Positions 9,133 to 19,441 of a stretch of DNA of 64,000 bases are shown piece after piece (the first letter of the stretch is position 1; each line of letters begins with the position of its first letter). The position numbers and the translations under genes are program-made. A model generated the notes under the pieces. That model did not search any database and was not told the origin of the DNA. It saw nothing but the letters and a program-made list of their open reading frames with translations. Location of the stretch: positions 151,871 to 215,870 of IMG/VR virus record IMGVR_UViG_3300018891_000001; one strand, given 5' to 3'.

Positions 9133-9484
9133 GATTACACCTCAGATAGATGTTTGGTAATACAAATCTCTAAATCTGTTTCATTCATATCAGGGGAGGA
9201 GAGCCACGATTTTCGAACCCATTTATAGCTTTCCAATTCTTCCTTACGATAAACAGCTTTCCAATACTGACCATGAACACTATCTAGAAATATCGAACCG
9301 TGATGATCTAAATAAAAGACAAGGTGAGCTTTTCGTTTTGCCACAGTAAATCCTCCTGTATGCCGGATTTCATTGTTAGTTAACATAAGATAAATTATCG
9401 GAAGTTAATGATTAAAAAGATTTATTGTCTCATTTTATTAAGTATTCTTGTGTTTTTGAGACAGAAAAGAAAAAGTGAAAGCCA

Positions 9485-9688
9485 TTAATTAGCTTTCACC
9501 AATTCATACTCATCTTTATTTAATACTATGTCACCGCCAAATGATTCTTCATAAACCGTAACCGATTGATCTTCTTTATCATAGTATTTTACTTCATAGA
9601 TCTTTCCGATTAAATGTTCAATCGACAATTGTGCGACAGCAATACGTTGTGTGTCAGGTTTACTTGCGATGACTCTAACCTTCATCAT
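9485..9688 (-). CDS. Hypothetical protein
   Basis: GGAG SD; overlaps the upstream stop. Confidence 0.55.
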   Translation of the reverse strand: MMKVRVIASKPDTQRIAVAQLSIEHLIGKIYEVKYYDKEDQSVTVYEESFGGDIVLNKDEYELVKAN

Positions 9689-10275
9689 TTTACTCCTTTA
9701 TCCTTTTTGTATCCTTTTTGCATATCGTCCAATAATTTTTGGAGTTCTTTTCGTTCTTCCATTTCTTTTTCTGTTAAAATTTCCTGAATCTCTAATTCAT
9801 TTAACAAGTCTATGTATTCTTTATACAATGGTATCAAGGTTTCCTTGCTTGGTTCCATTCCTTCTATATATTGAGATTCAGGAACGCTGTTTCTTTCTAA
9901 CCAATCAGCCAATTTTTCCAGACTCCACTTTTTATTTGCAACCAATTTTGAAACAAAGTATAATTCCCAATCTGATATTACGACCACATATCCGTTAAAT
10001 TCCAAAAAAGTGGCTGCAGTAATATATGCTGTACGTTTGTTTCCATCCACAAAGTACTGACTTGTGGCTAGAGTATGCATATATACTGCAGCTTTGGTAA
10101 ATAAACCTGGATATGGTTCATACGTATGCCCACCAAAATCATAAGTTTGAAACGGTTTATATGCCAGACTATCAATAAGACCTGGTTCATACTCACCAGG
10201 CAACCCACCAAACTCTTGTAGAGCCATGTCATGAAACATTCGAATATGTTTGGGCTCTAAAGATTCAATGTTCAA
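9685..10275 (-). CDS. Doc/Fic-family protein (catalytic His replaced by Gln)
   Basis: H....FGG..G; KAA.Y..LA; QYFVDGNKRTA. Confidence 0.85.
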   Translation of the reverse strand: MNIESLEPKHIRMFHDMALQEFGGLPGEYEPGLIDSLAYKPFQTYDFGGHTYEPYPGLFTKAAVYMHTLATSQYFVDGNKRTAYITAATFLEFNGYVVVISDWELYFVSKLVANKKWSLEKLADWLERNSVPESQYIEGMEPSKETLIPLYKEYIDLLNELEIQEILTEKEMEERKELQKLLDDMQKGYKKDKGVK

Positions 10276-10478
10276 TTTTTACTCAACCTCTTTAACCCTT
10301 TGTAATTTCTGCGGATGACTTTGGCGGCAATTTTTTGGAGTTTCGCATCCTTTTCATTGGATTTGCTAGTTCCTTTTTTCATTTCATCCTCCAATATTAA
10401 AACTTGTTGGAACATATATATTCCCCCTTTATCCGCATTATTACTTATCATATTATATATTTTTTCTAAATTATACAA
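10272..10478 (-). CDS. Putative antitoxin for Doc (start uncertain)
   Basis: Small gene overlapping doc by 4 nt; C-terminal VIRRNYKGLKRLSK helix. Confidence 0.5.
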   Translation of the reverse strand: MYNLEKIYNMISNNADKGGIYMFQQVLILEDEMKKGTSKSNEKDAKLQKIAAKVIRRNYKGLKRLSKN

Positions 10479-10493
10479 GCCTTTTCCTGCTTG

Positions 10494-10772
10494 TTAGGTG
10501 ATATCACCAATGCCACCAAAGTAGCCCTTATTATTGGCTTCCTCATCATTGTATTCAATCATAATTCGTTCGATTGTCTTTTCTGTTACTCCTTTAGCTC
10601 GAAGATCATCAAAGGATATACCTATTAAATTGTAATGCTCTAGAATACCATCTGGGCCAACAAGCTCATAGTCTCCATCTAAAAGCTTATTGATGGCTTC
10701 ATCGACCGAATCAGCCTCTACTTCTGCTGAATCATATGAAATATAATATTTAGTGATGTAATATTTCCCCAT
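10494..10772 (-). CDS. Hypothetical protein (DpnD/PcfM-like N-terminus)
   Basis: EVEADSVDEAI pattern; GGAGG SD. Confidence 0.5.
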   Translation of the reverse strand: MGKYYITKYYISYDSAEVEADSVDEAINKLLDGDYELVGPDGILEHYNLIGISFDDLRAKGVTEKTIERIMIEYNDEEANNKGYFGGIGDIT

Positions 10773-10785
10773 AGTTAATCCTCCT

Positions 10786-11055
10786 TTATGGTTTTAAGTA
10801 ATTAGCAATATATTGACAGGCTTCCTGAAATTCTTTTTCTGTTTCAAATGCAGCAAATGCATGAATCTCGCCGCTTTCATGATAATACACACAATATGGC
10901 TTATCTTTAGGATTCAGCTCTAAAACAATATTGCCATATAAATGATAAGCTGATTTCGTTGTTGTACATTCTGTAAGCCACAAGTCCTCTTTCGGACAAC
11001 CATATTTCAAAAGCGTTTCCACTTTTCTTTCTTCAAACTCATGAATGGCAAGCAT
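10786..11055 (-). CDS. Hypothetical protein
   Basis: GGAG SD; operon packing. Confidence 0.55.
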   Translation of the reverse strand: MLAIHEFEERKVETLLKYGCPKEDLWLTECTTTKSAYHLYGNIVLELNPKDKPYCVYYHESGEIHAFAAFETEKEFQEACQYIANYLKP

Positions 11056-12085
11056 CCAAATTCACTCCTTTATGTTCGCTTGTTGTTTTTCTATACTTGT
11101 GTTCTAAATCCATCATCCAAGTATCTAGCCATTGTTGAAATTCACCTTGATAAACTTGTTGAAGTTGTTCATATTCTTTCTGATACACCTCTTTTAAAGG
11201 TCTTCTTGTGTAATGGAAATAAGGAACACTTTTCATAGACTTATTGCCGGAACGCTGTGCTTTCCGGAGTTCTTCATCAAAATAGCAAGCTTTTAAAAAC
11301 GACAAGGGTTCTTGTTCTATGATTTCTGTCCAACTCATTCCTTCTATATCACAATTAAACGGGCACAAGTAACATCGAGAACGTTTAGATGGCATGTTAT
11401 GTGCCAATAAAAAATCAATACTTTCTTGTGTAGAAACATGTTGCTCCACTAATGGATAGGATAGATACATATATTTATATTGTGGAGATCGGTACGTACT
11501 AATCCGATGAATTTCATCATAACTAAATCCAATATCGATAATAAAAGCAATATGAGATGGCATTCTTTGATGAGGAGATAATCCGTGTTTTTCCATCACC
11601 AATCGTCTTGCTGTTTGTTTTACAGGAATGATTTTAAAATCCACCGTACATTGTCTTGGCATTATGCCGGCTTTTTGTTCATGACCATATTCATCAATTC
11701 GATTAAAATACAAAGGCATTTGGAAACGCTGATAGTCGGTATGAATATACCGCATCAGCATTTCCTCTAATCCTTTTTCCATACTTTGATGGTGAGTAAT
11801 AATAAAAGGAGTCGTGTTTTGATATTGAGTTTGTCGGCGTTTCCACCATTCAATTTGATCATGAATAAATTGAGGTTCTGCTCCAGTATCTGAGAAAATA
11901 ATAAAATCATAGTGACGTTTTCCTTGCAAATGTTCTTCTAATAGATGAGCGGATTGTGTGCCGCCTCCAAAAGAAAGAACATAATAAATATGCTCAATGC
12001 CTTTTTGATGTAACTCTTGTTCGATTTCTTGCTTTGTTTTAAAAACGCCATCTTTGTATTTCTTGTGTGTTCGAAAATCCTTCAC
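11039..12085 (-). CDS. PAPS-reductase-like PP-loop protein
   Basis: LSFGGGTQS, FSDTGAE, RQCT..FKI.P, IGFSYDE, YPL, SRCYLCPF. Confidence 0.75.
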   Translation of the reverse strand: MKDFRTHKKYKDGVFKTKQEIEQELHQKGIEHIYYVLSFGGGTQSAHLLEEHLQGKRHYDFIIFSDTGAEPQFIHDQIEWWKRRQTQYQNTTPFIITHHQSMEKGLEEMLMRYIHTDYQRFQMPLYFNRIDEYGHEQKAGIMPRQCTVDFKIIPVKQTARRLVMEKHGLSPHQRMPSHIAFIIDIGFSYDEIHRISTYRSPQYKYMYLSYPLVEQHVSTQESIDFLLAHNMPSKRSRCYLCPFNCDIEGMSWTEIIEQEPLSFLKACYFDEELRKAQRSGNKSMKSVPYFHYTRRPLKEVYQKEYEQLQQVYQGEFQQWLDTWMMDLEHKYRKTTSEHKGVNLDACHS

Positions 12086-12387
12086 GCTTCTTCTCCTTTA
12101 GTATGGTGTTCTTGAGAATGATGCTCTTGTTTTAGAGCGTGAATCAATCCGGCCACAATCAATAAAGTCGCTACAACAGCAAATAATGTAGCCAATGTAA
12201 AATACGCCGCTGCATAGTTTGCATTGATAATGTAGTTATAGGCATCGCCACCTACATACGCATTCACAGGGTCAGCGAAAGTATCTTCTGGGTTTTCATA
12301 ATTATGAATCTTATCAAATCCAAAGAAGATAAAAATCACGGAAACAACATACAACAATGCACTTGATACTTTAAAACGAATATCCAT
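12082..12387 (-). CDS. Two-TM membrane protein (NAYVGGDAYNYIINA type)
   Basis: Two TM helices flanking a YVGGDAYNY motif. Confidence 0.65.
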   Translation of the reverse strand: MDIRFKVSSALLYVVSVIFIFFGFDKIHNYENPEDTFADPVNAYVGGDAYNYIINANYAAAYFTLATLFAVVATLLIVAGLIHALKQEHHSQEHHTKGEEA

Positions 12388-12405
12388 ATCAAAATCCCCT
12401 CTCCA

Positions 12406-14308
12406 TTAAGAATAAATAAAAGTTAATTGTCTTTCTTCAATTGAAGGTTCATACCCTTCTTGCTTCAAAACATCATATGCTTTTTCTACACGTTCAGTTA
12501 CTACCGAGCGGCAATAGCCTCGCTGCAATAATTCATAAAACAGTTCTTTGACGGATTGACCAAACTGATACTTATTGGACCATTGTTCCACTCGGTTAAT
12601 ACATGAATCCCATAATTGTGTATCTCCATTTAAAAAAGAAGGAGTTTGAAATTCCCAGCAAACCAGCGTCTTCACTATAATCACCTCATTTATCTCACTT
12701 TTTGATTAGAAATCAAACAAAGTCCCTTGATAGTTTTCCATAATTATATTATGTTCACTAGTTTCTGCCTCTGCAGCGGATTCTTTAGGCTGAGAAATTT
12801 CTTTTAAATTGATTCGAAAGATACAATGATCGTCTTTGAATTTTTTGTGTATACAATCTTCCGGCTGAATTTCTACTTGAATCGGATACATATGATGCAC
12901 ATAAAGCAACGGGTAATCAATATAAGTAACCGTGGCATATCCGGTATAGTAATCGGAAGAAACATACACCACATCTCCCGTTTGGGGTATATTATAAGAA
13001 TTCAATACTAACCGCTCCTTTAGAATTTGCAAACTCAAAAACAGACATCACGTTTTTAATATCGTCTGTTTCATCGGTAACAAATGCTAGGATCCGATGC
13101 AATTTCGGATCTTCTGCAAAAACCGGCTCAACAAATACAAAATAAAACGAATGTTGCACATATACCGATAAATTATATTGTGTCGTATCTATATCCCGAA
13201 ATAACGATACACTTCGAAACAAGTCATAGCTTTGTATAAGCTCCATAGACTCACCTATTCTTCAATCTCCGCATAATCTTCAATGCTTCGATCATACCAA
13301 GTATGTTCAGAAGGATCCATCTCTTGTAATTTGGCTTTTGCTTCTTCAAGATTAGAAGCTTCAATGACTTGTTCTGATACAGCTGTCAAAGAAAAAACAT
13401 AAAGCGGCATGAATCTCCCTCCTTTATCGTCTTTTCACAAAATTCATGCATGATCTTGTGTGTATGATTAATTCACTTCCCGCCATACAGGGGAATATCC
13501 ATCATCCGCTAATGCTTGCATTTTCGTGTTTCTCTCTGCTTCGGTTTCTGCATAATCCACTTGTTCTTCTCCCATTTCGTTTAACCAAATGATTTTGTAT
13601 TGGTATTCAGCCATTGTTTGCCCTCCTAACCATAGATAAATTTTTTATTTTTTATGAAAATCGTTTATAAAAAATCAGATTGACGCAAGCCATGATACCC
13701 CAATGGATTTCGTTCATAAGAGCGTCTGTCTTTGGCATGTTCGATAATTTCTTGAAACAAGTTTCGCCATTGTGAGGAAAACCAATTGACTCGATCATAC
13801 AATAAGCTAAACAATGCTTCATGTACATCGGTTCGTGTTCCATATTCTTGTGCTAAAATATCATAGTATTCAACTTCTTCTTGCGTCATATAGACTGCAT
13901 ATAACGTGTCTACCACTTTTCTCATCGTATCCATATCATCAATAGGATTCCATGGCTCTCCATGTTCATCAATATAACGGTCCAATTGATTGGATGCTTC
14001 TTCGTAGAACAATTCCTCAAACTGAGTTTGATATGTGTTTGCCAATTGTTCTAATAGTGAAGTCATGCTGTTGCATCCTCCAACCATTTTGAATAAATAA
14101 CAGCGTCACCTTTCCAATATTGATACCCTCGACCAAAAGAGCGTTCTTGGATTACATCCAGATCATCTGGATATTCATAAGTTTTAAAATTTTTCTTTTC
14201 ATGTTGCATATAGTAAGCAATTAAAGCCTGTTTCGGTTCTAATGTATATCGGGCCAATTCGTGAAATTCTCCATCTTCATCAAGCATCATAACCACAGAG
14301 ACTGCCAT
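12406..14308 (-). other. Run of short hypothetical genes (12406-12684, 12706-13038, 12992-13246, ~13256-13410, ~13468-13614, 13665-14087, 14063-14308)
   Basis: Tightly packed - strand ORFs, most with SD; two are below the ORF-track cutoff. Confidence 0.55.
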
Positions 14309-14329
14309 TCTTTTTCCTCCTTATACTCG

Positions 14330-14359
14330 GTATAATTTTGTTTTACTTAGGGAAAAGTA
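14330..14359 (+). promoter_or_regulatory. Forespore sigma-F/sigma-G-type promoter
   Basis: GTATA-N15-GGGAAAAGTA, close to the sigma-F consensus GYATA-N15-GGnrAnAhTw, upstream of SASP. Confidence 0.6.
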
Positions 14360-14393
14360 AAACCAATCCTTATATATAAAGGTGGTGAAAGAA

Positions 14394-14579
14394 ATGTCAC
14401 GCAATACAAATCAAATTCTCGTACCTACAGCTCAACAAGCATTAGAGCAAATGAAGTATGAAATTGCTCAAGAGTTTGGTGTTCAACTTGGAGCAGATGT
14501 CACTTCTCGCATCAATGGTTCTGTCGGCGGCGAAATCACTAAGCGTTTGGTGGCTTTAGCGCAAAGTCAATTGCGCTAA
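14394..14579 (+). CDS. ssp: Alpha/beta-type small acid-soluble spore protein (SASP)
   Basis: [12 protein letters not shown]...[16 protein letters not shown] signature. Confidence 0.95.
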   Translation: MSRNTNQILVPTAQQALEQMKYEIAQEFGVQLGADVTSRINGSVGGEITKRLVALAQSQLR

Positions 14580-14584
14580 CATAG

Positions 14585-14608
14585 CAAAAGCCACTTAGGT
14601 GGCTTTTG
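14585..14608 (+). terminator. Terminator after SASP
   Basis: CAAAAGCCAC-TTAG-GTGGCTTTTG. Confidence 0.7.
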
Positions 14609-14609
14609 G

Positions 14610-14972
14610 ATGGTGATTCCATTCAACAAGAAAGCACATCTTACTATTGGAATTAGTATCGGAATATTGCTTGCATTGGTGTTCGAACATATTTTTCTTC
14701 ATGATGTGTTTTACATCATCATAGGGTCTTTACTCCCTGATATTGATCATCCACGTTCAACATTTGGAAAATACAATCCATTTGTTCGTTTTATGAAACA
14801 TCGTGGAAAATCACATACCATTGTAGGTAGCCTTCTCCTGTCTTTGCCTATGGTTATTATAGGGGTAGACCCTTTTGTTTTTACCTTTTTAGGATGTTTG
14901 ATTCACATTTTGTCTGATAAATGCTACTCATTTCTACCAGGAAAGCGCAAGTTTTCTATTCGATTTTGGTAG
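14610..14972 (+). CDS. YdjM-like membrane metal-dependent hydrolase
   Basis: H; GSLLPDIDH; HRG.SH; H..SD motifs. Confidence 0.8.
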   Translation: MVIPFNKKAHLTIGISIGILLALVFEHIFLHDVFYIIIGSLLPDIDHPRSTFGKYNPFVRFMKHRGKSHTIVGSLLLSLPMVIIGVDPFVFTFLGCLIHILSDKCYSFLPGKRKFSIRFW

Positions 14973-15142
14973 AAGTTACTTATAGCAAATTTCCCGTAAA
15001 TCTTTTAAAGCTTCAACCAATCCCGGCAGTTTCTTAGCGTTACTGTCATCAGGATGTTTCGTTAAGTAATTGATTTTAGCTTGCAAAAGAGCGTGCAATT
15101 CTTCAATTTGCGAACGCTCTTTGCTTGTGTTTATTTCCATTT

Positions 15143-15828
15143 TCAAACACTTTTCTTGATAATATCTTCGCTAAGAAACTTTAAGACTACAGGATTCTTC
15201 TGTTTTTTCAGCCATCGAATATAAGCGACATTATCTGCTCCATAAGTCCCGCTTCGCTGACTAAATGGCACCTCTTGTTCAAATTGCTTCCACAAACGAA
15301 GATGTTCTTCCGGATATGCTGCTGCAAAAGTATTAGTAATAAAAATGGAACTTGCAATTGTATCAAGACTCATATTACGCACTCCTCAAATAAATTCATT
15401 TGGTTTTGATCAGAAATTCCCCAATAGTTCATAACAATCCCATCTTTTACGGCATATTCTTTCTCATCAACTACATATATACCGTCTGGAAATAAGACAA
15501 ATTCGTCATCCATATTTCTAAATTGAATCAAATCTCCAATTGCGGCACCCTTTAACATAGAGAGGCCTATCTGCCCATCTTCAGTTTGCATAAGCTGACC
15601 TAATGGTGTTAATTTTCGAAACGAAGTGACAACTGTTTTCTCCACAACGATTTCCAATTGAAACTGCATACGACAAGAAGGACATGCATACAGTTCTTCA
15701 TCCGATAACTCATGGTCATATGATTCCCATAACCGTTCTGCTAGTCGATCTTCTAATCCTACATAAAACGAATCTCCACAAGAGCAAAAAATATGACCAT
15801 TAGAATATTGAATGCTCACAATCTTCAT
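15143..15828 (-). other. Two hypothetical genes (15143-15382; 15370-15828 with a Zn-ribbon)
   Basis: ORFs with SD; CSCG and CPSC motifs. Confidence 0.55.
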
Positions 15829-15868
15829 CTCCTTTTTTAAAGGGTGTGTAATGCATTACACACTTGGT

Positions 15869-17197
15869 TTATTCGACTTCTTGAAAATCGGATTCAAACG
15901 GATTAAACTCAAATTCTGGAATGCCTTGGAAATCTTCAATTTCCACTGGCGCATTATAATTAATTTGAACGCTTCGTACTGGAACATAAAGCTGCACACA
16001 ATCTGGGTTTCCATTATTTAGTAAGCCTTTAAATGGTTGAATACCTGACGGTTTATTTGGCGCAGACGGCAAAAACTCAAAACGAATATAATCGTCATTG
16101 TTGTAGCGAGAAAGAGCTTCTTGTAAATAACGAACATTGACCGCTACAATCACATCAGCCCCTTTTCCTTCCGTAGTAGAAATATCTTGCTGGAATGAAC
16201 CAACTTCTTGTTCACGAGTATTGACTCGCATTTGATTAAGTTCTGGTTTGATACGAATAATAATCGGCTCATCCGTATTATAAACCGTAGAGTTATTGAG
16301 CAATTCCTTAAATGAACCAGCATGAATTACTACTGAACTTGCAGATTGTGATGAGTCAAAAATCAAACGATCTGTATCTGGATAATTTCCTTCTAATAAT
16401 CGAGCATATAATGTAACATCTTCAAACTCATAAACCACTTGAGTTGGATAAAAGTGAAGAATGACTTCTACTTCAGTTGCATCTAAGTGTTTTTTCACTT
16501 CTTGTAATACCGCTGCTGGCACAGTCATTTCCACATTTGTATGTTCTTCATCCAATTCGTAAACGTACTGACTTAATCGATGAGAGTCAGTGGCAACACA
16601 TTTAATAACACTGCCAGAAATCTTATGAAAGACTCCTGTTAAAATCGGGCGTGTTTCTTTAGTGGATACCGCATAAACCGTATGATCATAAATACGACTT
16701 AATACATCTGGATGAATAGAAACAGAAGTAATCTTTTCACCTAAATCCGGTGTACGTGGAAATTCATGTCCATCTAATCCGTGTAAATCAAAAGTTGGGC
16801 GACCCGATTTGATAACAGCCACTTTATCATGAATACGTATCTCAGTATTTTTGTGATTCAGTTTCTTGACAATTTGAATAAATTTATCGCCCGGAAAACA
16901 AATGGAACCCGGCTTTCCTTCTGTAATTTTAAAATTCGTTCCTTCTTTATTTTGAGTTGCTACAGCTTCTGTTAAGTAATCGTTATTAATGCCACGGAAA
17001 ATCAAACGATCTTCTTGAATTTCCATGTAAATGAATTTATAAATTTCCTGTACGGCCTTTTTCGCTACAGAACGTTCTACTTTGCTTACCAGTTTCTTGA
17101 GCAAATCTGTTTGAATTGCTAATGCCACATGAGTTTTTAATTCCTCTTCAATTTCTTGATCAATTTTTTCTACATCAATACCTTGTAATTCTAACAT
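15869..17197 (-). CDS. dnaN: DNA polymerase III beta sliding clamp
   Basis: ETRPILTGV, VATDSHRL, ARLLEGNYPD, NVRYLQEAL. Confidence 0.93.
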   Translation of the reverse strand: MLELQGIDVEKIDQEIEEELKTHVALAIQTDLLKKLVSKVERSVAKKAVQEIYKFIYMEIQEDRLIFRGINNDYLTEAVATQNKEGTNFKITEGKPGSICFPGDKFIQIVKKLNHKNTEIRIHDKVAVIKSGRPTFDLHGLDGHEFPRTPDLGEKITSVSIHPDVLSRIYDHTVYAVSTKETRPILTGVFHKISGSVIKCVATDSHRLSQYVYELDEEHTNVEMTVPAAVLQEVKKHLDATEVEVILHFYPTQVVYEFEDVTLYARLLEGNYPDTDRLIFDSSQSASSVVIHAGSFKELLNNSTVYNTDEPIIIRIKPELNQMRVNTREQEVGSFQQDISTTEGKGADVIVAVNVRYLQEALSRYNNDDYIRFEFLPSAPNKPSGIQPFKGLLNNGNPDCVQLYVPVRSVQINYNAPVEIEDFQGIPEFEFNPFESDFQEVE

Positions 17198-17265
17198 TCT
17201 AGTATCCTCCCTTTATATGTTTCTTTTTTTCACCCAATAACCCGGAGGGTTTGTAATACATTACA

Positions 17266-17294
17266 ATAATAACAGAATAAACATGATCTTACAA
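17266..17294 (-). promoter_or_regulatory. sigma-A promoter of dnaN, with the operator overlapping +1
   Basis: TTGTAA-N17-TATTAT (TG-extended), followed by the palindrome at 17252-17265. Confidence 0.6.
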
Positions 17295-17303
17295 CATCTG
17301 ATG

Positions 17304-19390
17304 CTATTTGCAAGAGATTTCTTGCTGTTTTCTCTTGCGTTCTTCTAACCACTCTTTTGCGCTTTGTAATCCTCGGAAATGACATCCTCTTTTTGTCCAT
17401 TCGTATATATACTCATGGGAAGTAATGTCATAAAGGAGAATCAAATTGTAACTGCAGTATAATGCTAAAATGTCATGTCCTTCACAATTCGTAGTAATAA
17501 TCCCCTTCCATTTTTTACTCGGAAGGGGAAGTTTACCTTCAAAAGCTCGAGTTAAACATTCATAAATTTGCTTCATAATAGCCATCTCACACCCTTCATG
17601 ATTTTCATATTTACGGTTTTAATGTATATTCCTATTCCCATGAATCTAAATCATCATCATCGTGTTGGATGGAGTGTGGCTTAGTTTGTTGTATGTAGAG
17701 ATATAAATCGAATAATTCTTCTGCTTCTGGTTCAGGTTTCTCCAACAACTGTTTTTTATGCTTTAAAAATTCCCGCAAAGGAACAAAAGGATACACTTTT
17801 AAATCTGTGTCTACATCACCTTCGGTTCCTTCTGGGGTGGAATATGTGTAACAACCTGTTTCAAATAAAAGATAGTAAATACCATTGGGGAGTTCTTCGA
17901 TTTGATCAAGATCATCACAAAGAACTACTTCCCGAAACACTTCCTCAGCATAATTTATATCCCTCCCGTAAGCTCTTGAATCCGGCTAGTTGCATAATAA
18001 TAAAGAGAACGAGCTTCATCAATATCTTTAGCCAACCACAATTTTTCTTCCATTTCTTCTTTTAGCTGTTTTAGTTCATTTTTTATCTCATCAATATTTA
18101 AAATTCGGGATTTAATGTATTCATCAGCCGGTGAACCTTCAGATATTCTCTGATATTGAAAAATTCGGGATTTAATGTATTCATCAGCCGGTGAACCTTC
18201 AGATATTCTCTGATATTGAAAAGTATCTTCACAGCCTCTAAAGAGTTTAGAAATAGCGATTTTATGAGGTTCTTTTTGATTTTCAAGATGTCTGATTTGT
18301 TTTTCTAATTCCCTGATTTGTTGGTCAATATCTTTAATGGCATTAAAATGAGGCTGCAAATTATTTTGAACAATAAACTCTTGTTTGAGCTCTTCCTTTC
18401 GCTGTGCTAATACATCTCGTCGGTCATAGAGAATATCATTGATTTTACCCTCAATCATATCAATCAGTTTCTCAATACGTTTTGCATCTAATCCTCGGTC
18501 ATGACGAATAATTTGTGTAGTCATGATTATCCCTCCCAATGTCCATGACGTTTTAATATTTCAATGACTTCATTGATATAAGGCTCATCCATGTTAATTA
18601 CAATATAGCTATTCAGTTTTTTTCCTTCTTCTATGCGACCTTTGTTGATTTCCTCGCATAAATCACGTAAATACATCTTCTGTGTTTCCCAACCGTATTT
18701 CTCTACATCTTCTGTTTTTAATACAATGTATTTTGGGTGTTGTTTGATTTCTTGAATGGTTGAATCAATCATACTTTCCTTCCTTTCGAATCACCAGTTG
18801 ATGGTACAGCTGCTATCACTCTCAAAATATGGCTGAATAACTTCTTCCACTCGATAAAATACATCATTGTAATAAAAAACATTGCGATTTTGGAAATCAC
18901 GTAGCTCTGGATACCCTTCGATTTTTTCCACTTTTAAAATGATGAGGTGTTCATCAATATTTTCTAGATTTTCATAGTCCCAATCACTTGAAATTTCGTC
19001 TAACTCTTGTTCCAATTCATGTTTGTCTGCATAAAACTCTATCTCATCACTATAATTATTGATGACAATATAGTGCATCGCTTCCTCTCGATCCATCTCA
19101 GCGTAAAAGGCATCTCGACAGGAACGGCATTCATAATAATTCCCTGTTTGAAAAGAACCATAATCATGTTTTTCATGATAACATAATTCCTCGGTAGAAC
19201 CGCATTTTCTGCATTTTTGTTCAATTTCAAAAGCTTCTAACGGCAGTGAATTAATGTAACGATGTGAGTCCAGGTAGGCATATTTATCACTGGCTCCGCA
19301 ATACAGACATTCTGTTCCTTCAAAGTTTTCTGGTAATACACGACCGCAACGGTATTTTGAACAGTATTTCATCATAATCCTCCTTACCAT
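17304..19390 (-). other. Five hypothetical genes (17304-17585, 17632-17940, 17955-18539 coiled coil, 18527-18772, 18791-19390 Cys-rich)
   Basis: Packed - strand ORFs with SD sequences. Confidence 0.55.
18101..18222. repeat. Exact 60-bp in-frame tandem duplication
   Basis: AAATTCGGGA...TGATATTGAA occurs twice; peptide FQYQRISEGSPADEYIKSRI x2. Confidence 0.95.
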
Positions 19391-19441
19391 TTATTCCATT
19401 TCTGTTTCCTATTGCCTACTTCAAATAGAAGGAGCGACCTC

